Translations under genes and position numbers: made by a program
The notes under the pieces: generated by a model
Databases searched by the model: none
What the model was told of the DNA's origin: nothing
What the model saw: the letters and a program-made list of their open reading frames with translations, nothing else
Shown: positions 47,700 through 59,300 of the stretch, piece by piece
How positions within the stretch are numbered: the stretch's first letter is position 1
Layout: every line of letters starts with the position of its first letter
Source of the DNA: Bugula neritina
Lineage: Eukaryota > Animalia > Bryozoa
DNA: 64,000 bases
NCBI GenBank assembly: GCA_964035545.1
Contig: OZ037770.1
Coordinates: 10,236,973 to 10,300,972, forward strand
Direction of reading: 5' to 3'

Positions 47700-49743
47700 A
47701 TGTTCCAGAAGGTAGCCTTGCTTCTGCTGTTGCTAACCACTGCTCTCCTCTTCTGCCACTCTTTTCTATTCCCCACATTGGTAGGATATTACACAAAAGA
47801 GTGCCACCTTTCAAAGACTGAGTACGAAGCATATAGAGAACTCTTCCAACAAATTACTACAGCTTATGAAGAACTAGACCAAGTTTACTGGGTAGACTAT
47901 GGCCTGTTGCTTGGATACTACAGACACAAAGATATGCTGCCTCACGACGGAGACATCGATCTGAGCAGGATACACGCAGGAAGAGAGGAACACAGTTTCG
48001 ATGTGGCTTTTAATAAGAAACTGGCCAGTGTCCCCGAAACGTATGGGAACTCGATAGTCGCTGAGAAGAACTACACTGGTAGTAATGGACAGAGAGTGTA
48101 TATCACTGCGGATCTCTTTAGGTATAATGTGAAGGAGGTGGGTGGAGTGAAGATAGTCACACTATATTGGAATATTCCTCACCGGAACTCTACTAGGTGA
48201 GTAAAAAGGATAAACTACAAAGGGATACTAAGTACACGCTGAGTACATATAGTTAGTATGTATAGTAAATGCATGCAAAGTACATAGTTAGTATATTATA
48301 GTAAATACATGCTAAGTACATGCTAAGTGATAAAGATGTGCATGTTCTAGGTATATTTATGATAATAATTCGTTAGGTATGTGCAGGTAAATGCAAAGTA
48401 GGTGTAGTTTTGTAGATATATGTAAGAAATTTCAATGATGATTATAATTATATGAGTTTGATAATCCATTTTTACTAATTATATGCAAATTTTCGATTAG
48501 CTTGAGTTCTTTAATTTTCTTAATTATTCTTGACATTGGGCAGAGTTTAAAGTTTCATGAGAGCATAATAACTCATTTATATAATTCTGGTTGTTCTCAA
48601 CTTCTCCATTACTGCGCTTAGCTCATGCTGTCAGGCACCTATTTCGCTAACCACGAATTCTAAACACTATTTTCACTATTTCCTAAGTATTATAGCAAGC
48701 CCTTTGTTGGCAAGAAGCCAAGGTAATCAACAGTTGTTAGTTACTATTGATTTATAAAATTTGATAGCAGCTGGTTTAGAAATAGAGGCTGAGGAATTCA
48801 TATGATGAACGTATCACTAACCTGCCAGTTTACTGTTTTTAATATCTATAATATTATTAGCAGTCTAAGTATTGTATCAGCATTTCTCTTGAAATTTGAA
48901 AAATGGCAGACAAAAGTCATACAATGTCCTATATACATCTATATATATATATATTATATATAGATGTATATAGGACATTGTATGACTTTTGACTGCCATT
49001 TTTCAAATTTCAAGAGAAATGCTGATACAATACTTAGACTTTGATGGCAGTTAGTTGAACAATGCTGTTTATTCACTAAATTGTTCATAACATGACAAAT
49101 TTTAATAGCTTCTAACCAAATTAGGTAATATCAAAGTTTCCGAATCCAATTAGTTTGTATTATATTACAAATAGATAATACTGTTAGTCAATGTACAATA
49201 CCATATATGTACGTGTGCATTTATATGTCATTATATAATGTTTTAGCTGATAATATAATTAGCTAAATAATATTTAACAGCTATTATGTTTCTGTACAAA
49301 ACATTCTTTATTGACTACACCAGCTTAACCAAAACCCAGGCACAGGGCAACGATTGGGTAAACATATAGAGATATTGCTAAAATCACTAGTGACCAGAAA
49401 ACATGACGATATGTGCAAACATCATAATTAAATAATAATAACAATGTTGTATCTCTGCAGGTATAAAATGTTTGAGAGACACTTTGAGCTGGTTATACCT
49501 TACGAAGTTATCTTCCCTTTGCAGCACCTGGTTTTCCTAGGCAAGAATGTCACGTTTCCCAACCAAATAGAGAAGCTGCTTTCTCTGAGATACAAGAGCT
49601 ACAGAATCCCACTACCATATAAGTGGAGGTGCTATGTCACTACCTTTAATGTTGGCGCTGTTTCACTTATAACAATTATTATAGCATTTCTGTATAGGTT
49701 AGCGGTTCATTTTAAAACAAAAACAAGGAGAACTGCATCATAA
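47700..49743 (+). CDS. LicD/fukutin-family transferase, copy 2; 2 exons (47700-48196, 49461-49743), ~259 aa
   Basis: Paralogue of copy 1 with the same intron position and phase. Motifs YWVDYGLLLGYYRHKDMLPHDGDID, ADLFR, IPYEVIFPL, FPNQIEKLLS and LPYKW.CYV are shared. Confidence 0.87.
48862..49040. repeat. Near-perfect 179-bp palindrome centred on an (AT)n tract
   Basis: AGTCTAAGTATTGTATCAGC...CATCTATATA is mirrored by TATATAGATG...GCTGATACAATACTTAGACT, with one mismatch seen in the arms. Confidence 0.93.
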
Positions 49744-52712
49744 TTAGCATCTTGACCAAAGATAACATTTAGTAAAAATGATATTGCTAGTTCTTTTACT
49801 GTGATGAACAGATGACCATAGTGATATTACTTTCTATTTGCAATGCCTACAATGAAATGACTCTAGCCTACTAGTCTATTATATAAGATATTACATTATT
49901 GCATGACCAAGTTATAGATATGATAAAACTAAAGATTGTTTAATATAATGAAGCTGATTAAATGAATAACTAAAAGCAATATAATAAAATAATTAACTAT
50001 CTTGTGTTATGACACGCAAGTGCTATAATTTTGCTAGTTATACCACCAATGTTGAAGCATGCGAAACATCGAATCACTGCAGGGATGTGGTAAGTCTATG
50101 TTGGTAGGGTTTGCACTTTTTCCTTCAAGACCATAATATTTTAATAGGAATGATACTACGATTTGCCTGAAATATGCTGGCACTGCATAGTGAATGGTTG
50201 CTTGAGCATACACCTCTCAAACAGTGTGTAGATGATAGCTAAGGTATAATATATGGATATGTTATTACTACATAAATGAAGCGCATGTGTTGGAATTCTT
50301 TACAACAGATTATGATAATTATAAACAGAGCTCTCAGTCTAAAGTAAGACACATAGATTCACTGAATCATTCCAGCTTTGTGTTGCCTTTGTTAACATAC
50401 TGATAGATGTGTATCTAAATTATACTAGTAATGTTGAAGAGTTAGGCAACAGTTAGTAAAGCGCATAGGCCGGACTGTCTGCTTTTAACATTTGAAAAGC
50501 ATGGCTAAAGATTTTACTGTGTCATGAAACGCAAGAGCCTTTAGCTTATGTTATAGTATACTTATTTAGCTGATTATTATGATGTAGAAAGTGTGACATC
50601 TTATACATATGTTATTAGCAAAGCCACTAAAGAAAAACGTAAATGTGCAAGTGTGCTAGTTAGTACACATGTGAAATCTAAGTTTGTTGTTTGTAATCCA
50701 GTTTGTTTACTCGGTTCCATGGTGAATTTAATGATATAATATTTGTATTATGGTGACATAAGTTTGAGTTGAGAGGATTGAATAGTATTAGATCTGCTTG
50801 AATAGGATATTACAATGTATTTAAATGGTATGAATGCAATGCGTGCGCTAAGTTGTCCGTTGAGTTTACCTACTGATTAAAAGAGATATTAGTTGATGCA
50901 GCACAAGGTTTGAGAGCCTGAACCTAAAGATTTTGATGAATATGCTAGTGCGCACTCAGTGACCCCACACTTTGTGCTGCATCTAGTAAACTCTTAACAT
51001 AACCAACAAAAATCAATGAGTCATAACCACTAAACTGGAACACTTTATTGCGTTTACATAGACCTGTTTTATTATATTGTTGGCCGTTGGGCATAATTAT
51101 CATAGCTCATTTAAAATATTATATAGCTAAGGCTGGCCCTGGTTATAAAAGAGCACTTGTTACACATCTGCAGGTGCAATAATGTAAAAATTCAGAATAA
51201 GTTCTTGTTCTAGACAGAATTTGTACAAAAGTTTTACATTCTCACCAGAATTTCAACCCATGCGTCTCAAACTATAGTTAACAGAGCATACTGAAGAACT
51301 TGGACAATCAAAATTTCAAAACATCACTGCACTTAAATGAAGGTTAGATAAGGCAATTAGAAATAGATACCATTTTTGAGTACACAATAAGAGGAGTTTA
51401 ATCATTATGTATACACATTGTCTAACCAATAGATGGTGGCTGGAAAGAAGCTCTTTAGTATTATGGCTTTCAACTTTAAACTCCAGTTTGAATTATCCTA
51501 AGTATTAAATTCAGGAGCTTATTTCACCAGCCCAAAATCTAGAAAACGCGGCACATAGTCTGTCTGTTGTATTGAATAAGCCTAAATAATCATATACAAA
51601 AGTCCATAGGTCGGTGAACAAAATGATTAGCTTATGCAATTTAAATCGACTTCCAGTGAACAAGTTATATTAGTTACTAATGAACTCACTTTTACATTAA
51701 TTTAGGATTAGGCTACTATATGCCTTTTAGATAATCATAATTATTATCTAATTCAATAATTTTAATCATTATAAGGAAAAACACCAAAACAGTGGAAGGT
51801 AGAAAAGAACACAGAAAAACCCACAGCATTAAACATTTTATATTTATTGCACAGCAAGAGAATCTAAAGGCCCAGTAAGCAGTTTGGAAGAAATTTGACA
51901 ATAAAGAAACATAAACATAACATCAATGCATGCCAAAAATAACATCACAATTGTAATTATTCTGAATGGGGATTATATTTGTTAATTATGCATAATTATA
52001 GAACTTTAAAACAATAATTATATACGATATCTTATTTTTATAGCTGATTTTAAGTTAGAAGCAAAAGTATGTGGAAAATCCGTTACCAGTCAAAGTAGAG
52101 ACTGAACACTAAATAGTTATGTTAGAGAAACAATATAGAATTTTGTCTGGTTAGAATTACCAACAGAAAAGCTGTTATGCAACATAAACACAAATATAAG
52201 CTGAGGACAAAACAAAAATTATTATTAGAAATATTATTACAGCTTGCGCTGAAACTTAAGAGTTGTCTACCCTAAACTTTAGAAGTCTGACTTACAGGCC
52301 CTAAATATATAAATAACACAAGTGTTAGTCTAATAATTTAACTAGCAAGTCAACGGAGCTCTAAAAGACTAGAATGCTTAGACTATTAGAGCAGAATTAG
52401 TGATAATAGTCTTCTAGCAGCTAAAGTCATAAAATTATAAACAAAAAATGCCTGATGCAAAATAAATATAGTGATAACAGAGTATTAGGATATAACAGAT
52501 AATTATCTATGTGCTGCTGTCAGTCATATTTTACAACAGAATAATTAAATAATGGTGAGGAGAGTGATCACAGGTTAGAGTCTAATTCATCTGCCAGTGA
52601 CGGATAGTGTAGGTTTTCTTCTGATCTCAGTAAATATCTATAAAATGTATATATAATATATATTATACATATAATATATATAATATATATGATATTGAAT
52701 ACTACATGACTA

Positions 52713-52925
52713 GGGAGCAGCCGTGGTCTAGGGGTTAGAGCGTTTGCCTTGTGAAAACGAAGTCATGGGTTCAAACCCCTACAAAGCCCATTGGTGATGT
52801 TTGGAAGAGCATCCAGTCATAATTGCTCCTGTGCCTCATTTAAATAATTCCTTAGCCCGATTTAACAAAAACCCTTTCCATCAGGGGTTTCTCACAGGGA
52901 TAGTGATTATAAACTTGCGTGAGTT
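52713..52925 (+). mobile_element. tRNA-derived SINE, full length with target-site duplication
   Basis: Close match to 45781-45994. ATACTACATGA occurs on both flanks. Confidence 0.9.
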
Positions 52926-53357
52926 TATAGTATACTACATGATTCATTACCTGTAATAGTTTATATTACACATACCAAGGCTTGTAATATTTTATATTAC
53001 TCTTCAGCATTGTAACTACACTTAAATACATGAAAATGTAAAAGATAAGTAAATATTTCAACAGCAAAATGCTATTAAGTCAATGTGCTTCTACACATAT
53101 ACAGTACTACAAGTATGTACATATTACCAGATTTTCAAATGTAGGACAGACAACTCCTTAAAACTATGAATATTTGACTAAACTGATTGCTGTAAATCCT
53201 TTTAAAATATGGATAAGCATAATCAAACATAAACCTAGAGGTATAATTGGATTAAACTGCGAAGTTGCTTCCTTTAGACAGAGATCTATATTTGCTAATA
53301 CTATTATTACTTGGCAAACACTAAGAAGTGGTATTAGGATACATCATTCACTCACTT

Positions 53358-56300
53358 TTAGTCAAACTTTTTGACTTTTGCCAACTTTGATCCCTTGACA
53401 AGAATTTCAAGGTCACACTTCTGTCTCCGGTATATTCGTTCCTCCCATCTGGACGAGATAGCAGACATCCATATGCTAACAGTCGCCATGATGGCCATTA
53501 CGCCCTGTGGAGTAGAGAGAGTTTACGTTGAGCTATGTGTGCGGCCATATTTATATCAGTATGAATGTTATTATTAGCAGTAAGCCTAGGGCCACACAGT
53601 GCGTATTTTCGCATGCGAAAATTGAAATCACAAGTAGCAAAGGTGTCCACTGTGCGCGTTGAGAAAACCTTCGCACTTGTCGCTCTGCATTTTCAACGCA
53701 AGTGCGAATCGTCTCTGTCGTCGTCACCTAATTGGCTGGTAGCTATTCAGCGAGCCCAATTTCTTTATTTAGTGCTATATTCCAGTAAATTGCGTTTTAT
53801 TGAAAGCGAGTGCGATTTAAAAATGAAAGCTTTAATTATCACGCATCACTGACGCTACAGTGGACACCTTTGCTACTCGTGATTTTAATTTTCGCATGCG
53901 AAAATACGCACAGTGTGGCCCTAGGCTAACTATGATACACTATACAGAGTAAAGAGTGAGAGTTATACTAACAGTGACTATGACACACTATACAGAGTAA
54001 AGAGTGAGAGTTATACTAATGTAAAATTTGAGTAGAATTAAATTGCTGATCAACATAGACAATACATTAAGGTAATATATAATTGACAAAGGTGACAAGG
54101 TGAGACGATTCACTCAACAGCTTGTGAAGAAATGTGAAAAGAAGCCTTTATGGTAATCATCAAAACATCAAAGATGTTAATTTCTCATTAGCTGATAATT
54201 AGTGCAATTAGTTTAAAGAGGGGTGTCCAACCTTTTCAGACCAAGGGCCGCTGAATGGGAACATTTCATGGCGAGGGTCACATTGAAAACTTTAGCTCAC
54301 TCTGGCGGCCACAGCATCAGTATTGCTCAAATTTGGTTATTTCAAATTCTCATAAATCATCACTCAATAAAGTTCCAACAATTACTGCAGACTGCATGTT
54401 TTGTAGCATGTATGTATAAATAAGACAATTAAACTGTGATTTTTCACTCTAATTCATGTATAGGTGTGAAAAATAGTTTTAGTTTTATGCTTTTGAGGGC
54501 CACATAAATGTAGTTTGGGGGGCCACATCCGGCCCTGGGGCTGCCTGTTGGACAGCCCTGATCTAAACTGTACAGTGAACAAGGTATAATAACATACACA
54601 TTTATATCGAAACAAAAATTACGACGCAATCAAATGCAATTACAAAAATATAATTCTATAATACAAAAGCGATTTAACTTTTATACCTCATAACAAACCC
54701 ACAAGCTGCTTCTACAGTTAACTAAACAGAGAGACTAGTACCTGTATGATCTCTAGGACTGTATGGAAAGTGTCACCAAAGTCACCAAGGTATCTTTCTC
54801 TGCTGACTAGCAACATCATTAGACATATTAAGGACATGACAAAGTAGAAATATCTACAATACAGCAACATTATATACAATACAATACAATATACAATACA
54901 ATACAATATACATATACAATACAATACAATATACATAAAAATACATATACAATGGAAGTCTTTGGAATTATTATATCATGTACCTAAAGCTGAAATACTA
55001 TTCGAATGTGATGTATACTTAAATATTACACATCATTTCTCTTGTTTTTTATCACACCTTGGAATTATATAATCACAATGCAAGAATTATTTGTAGCCTA
55101 TAATATATAAACGGAAACCAGTAAAAGCAGCCATCTGTATATTTTACCATTTTCTTGTATCTATTATTAAAATTATTGATTTAGTTTGCATATACAAGTA
55201 ATCGCAGGATTTGGTATGGAAATAGAGTCCTAAAATTATATACACTAGAGAGTGTAACTCCAAAATACTACATTTAATTTCACCACTATAAATTGTTAAT
55301 CTTTTCAAGCATAAACCTAATAATTACGGTTAGTTTCGGTCAATTGGTTTTAGTGTACAAATAACGCCTGCAGCTGAAGTGCACATCACATGGTACAAAG
55401 GAGGCAAACAAAATTGAGTGTACACTTTTATGTGTACTAATTTATAACACATCACAAGGCAAGAAAACTCTCAGACCAGTGAAAATATACAGCTTGCCTG
55501 CTACAATGCTGTTTAGTTCACCCATGTTACAAAAGCTACGCACACTTTACTAGTCACATACTAGAAGGAGAATGTAGAATAGTAATGGCTGACAGGAAGT
55601 CATCCTAAACACTTACTTGCTGTACCGGGCCCTCGCTGACCCTTTGTCCACCGTGTCTATCAGTTCTTGTAAACAGGAGAGTCTGACATCAGAATCCGGC
55701 ATCGGCACCTGGCCAGCTGCAGCAGGTAACATACAGGGGAGATAACTAAGTCAACAGCTGGTAATATACAGGGGGAGATAACTAAGCCAGCTGCAGCAGA
55801 GAACATACAGGGGGGATAACTGAGTTAGCAGCTGGTAATATACAGGGGGGATAACTGAGTTAGCAGCTGGTAATATACAAGGGGGATAACTAAGTCAGCA
55901 GCTGGTAATATACAGGGGGGATAACTGAGTCAACAGCTGGTAATATACAGGGAAGATAACTGAGTCAACAGCTGGTAATATACAGGGGGGATAACTGAGT
56001 CAACAGCTGGTAATATACAGGGGGGGATGACTGAGTTAGCAGCTGGTAATATCTTTTACCAACTAAATATAACCACCACCACAAATACTTTTACAATTTG
56101 AATAATTCCATTAAAAATCTGACTTTAGTTATGAAAAATTAAGTACTCAAGTCAAGAAGTACTTAAACCAGCATGACGTAGATTCTGAAAACTACTTTCA
56201 CTGCAGGTGATCATTTAGGTTGCTGCAGATAACTGCTACAGGTGTAGAATACTGACCTGTGATATTCTTCTTAATAGACATCCTGGCTACGACAGGCTGG

Positions 56301-59300
56301 TGGTCCGAGTAGTCCAGATTCGTTCCTGGTATCTTGTCTTTTATAACTCTACATTCAAAGAGCTGCAAGTCTATTCCTGGAATAGAGTAAAGCAGGCGGA
56401 GTTTATCAAAAAAGCTGACATTTAGTCATGAAACTTTAAGTACTGGAGTCAAGAAGTATGTAAACCAGCATGACTGCTAGTAGATTGCCATTAATCATGT
56501 ATTTAATATATTAAAGGAGTTTGCAGAATATTAGACAGAAACATGTAATATAGTTAAAGTAGTAAAGTAACTACAGCTAAAGGTTGATGTTTAGGGAAAA
56601 ATTAGAAACATTAGCAGAAATTAATTTGAATATTTATCAAAACAAAAATCGGCAGCCTCAAATTTTATACTTTGTCCTTTAATCTAAACATGACTTGTGC
56701 GCAGCATTAAAGTACTAGAGGATATTGGTTTGAGATGAGTCATTTATTGAATTCAATTTAATTCGTCTTTTTTTGTAGTCAACAAAATTAATATTTTGAA
56801 GAAACATATCAATATAATTTACAAAGCTCCTCTCAACAGCTACATATTGTAAGTTCGTATACTTAAAACACAACTCACTCTCATTAGCTCTGTACATGAT
56901 ATAGTCAATTCTCTCCCCATGTGGTAGAATTCCAGAGCTGTAGTTGGTTCTAAAGCAGTTGTGAAGGGCGTCTGACGTACTGCCCCCACCCTCTGCACAT
57001 TCACCATTCTGGAACAAGAGACCAGCTTATTTCACTTTCAGGATAAACAGAAGAGCAGAAAAACTATGAGTGTAAAAGCTGTACAACTATGCAGCTTTAT
57101 CTCAAGTTAAAAGTTCATCAGCATTGAATTAATGCTAGATCTGCCGAAGTCTATCAAATATATATATATAAATATTCTATCTAACTAAAAACAATTAACT
57201 TAAAGGCATAAGTTTCTCAAATATTAAGAAGCTTGCACCATATTTCCAGGTGTTTTGATCTCTAATGAGTTTCAAGGCTATACGGGTTGGCAAGTATTTG
57301 CAGAGACAGATTTTATCAGCAGTGTCTGTTGTGATAACTTTCTAGTGAAATAAAATCATAGTGTCAGTGTGAGTATGAGTGTGAATGCCAGAATGAGTAT
57401 TATTACGAGTATGAGCACCAGTATGAGTTTGAGTATAAGTATGAGTGTGAGTGTGATTATCAGCATGAGTGTAAGTATCAGTATAAGTGTGAGTATCAAA
57501 ATGAGTGTGAGTATCAGGATGAGCATCAGTGAGAGTATAGGCTTCTAATATTCAATTCAGCATTTGAAACATAATTTATAATCCATCAAAATCTTGAGCT
57601 ACAACTATATTTGATTTAGTGCCCGGTAGAATATCTGCCTCTACTGAACACAATATAACTACAACTGGATGCACAATCACTACCTTTACAAGCCAGGCAT
57701 CGTTGAGAACAGCATTACTTCTGAGTATTCTGTAAGGTGTTTCAGTAGCTGCGGTATTGAAGTCTCCCATCACTATTACAGCGTCACACGATACAGACGT
57801 GTGTTTCACAAACTGACTGAAAGTGAACGCCTGCACAGCTCTATGTCCTGCGTACTCGTCAAATGGCTGCAGGTGGTTGTACCGTGCAATCATCTGCAAA
57901 ATATATTCTCATGTCTGAGCAATAACGTAAAGCCATGTATATTTATCATGGTGACCAGCGTAAACTGGGGAGCAGTTGTGGTTCAGAGGCTATAGCCCTA
58001 AATATAGCCTGAGATACACTGCGCTGTTGGTGATGCCTAGATAGACAACCTGTCAAAATTTCGTACATGACACGACAAAATCCTAAGCTACATTGCCAGT
58101 TTAAAGTAAAGCCTAAAGTCTAAGTAAAGCCCTAAGCTCTTTGCATGGATTGAGTACACTATTCACATAACCCGTCTTTTATGCAATATCATAGACAGAA
58201 CATTGGTTAAAAAGAAAATGACACTTTAACTAAATTATGTGATATCTGATGCTATATTGACATTATAGGTCTATTTTACGAGCCAGCATTATTCAGACTT
58301 GAATGAAATTCAGACTATTAAAGGTTAAAAGGTCGATTGCACCACTACAACGATTCCACTTTATTCATACTTACATGAGACGTGTAAACATTTACTGTCA
58401 TATCTTTAACTTTAAGTATAGCTAAGCCACACCCCTTCGACGCGTACCAGTCACCGTGTAGCACTTTATGAGCTTGTCCGTTTAGAGGGAATTCTTGGTA
58501 CAGAGTCTCAGCAATGGGATATCGGGAGAATATGCACAGTCCACTTCCCACAAGACCTCTACAGTATAATACACAGTTACACAAATGTACAATACTCTAT
58601 AGTATAATATACAGCTATACACAAGTACAATACTCTTCAGTATAATACACAACTACACACAATACTCTACAGTATAATACACAGCTATACACATGTACAA
58701 TAACACACTATCACATAAGAACTATTGGAATTTCAATGACTTCATGATATCATTGAGTTTGAGATTAACCGAATATATTTAGTACAAGGCTAAAGGCATG
58801 CTACAAAGTCCTTGTCTAAGATTAAAAAACACCTTAATAATACTTTTCATATATGTTTGCTCTTTAATATAAAGAATATATTTATAATAGAGTATGTTGT
58901 GTGAAATCAGTGAAACTTAAGTTTCATGATGATATAAAAGGTGCCAGATATTTAAACAATTTAAAGTTGATATCCATAATAGCTAAATGTCAACTTTGGT
59001 AGTTGAAACTGGATTCGAGTTATATTTAATACCATCAATTATATAATTATAGAATAAGATATAGAATAGCTACGAGATGTTATGACAAGAAAACCAATTG
59101 GGGTTGTTTAATGAAATCATCATTCTATGCATCATCAATCAAATCGATATTTGAAATAAAAAAATTAGTCTTCCCATATATAGAGTCAAACTACAGAGAA
59201 AATTAGAAGGTAAGAAGCAACCAAATTAAAATAAACTAAAAAGTTTCTAACTTAAAAATTATGAAAACCGATTCAACAGAAAAAATGCTCAGCATTCAGA

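Noticed and set aside
43057-49743. Bacterial contamination or recent horizontal transfer of licD
   Set aside because: Both genes have a conserved spliceosomal intron, host-like composition and host SINE/MITE neighbours, and LicD-family genes are native to animals. An ancient transfer cannot be tested without a phylogeny.
50000-51200. Slightly GC-richer stretch between LicD copy 2 and SMPD2 (hidden exon or TE remnant?)
   Set aside because: No sustained ORF, recognisable motif or terminal repeat could be supported by eye.
55717-56052. 35-bp repeats suggestive of a CRISPR array
   Set aside because: Head-to-tail units with no unique spacers, inside a spliceosomal intron, and no cas genes.
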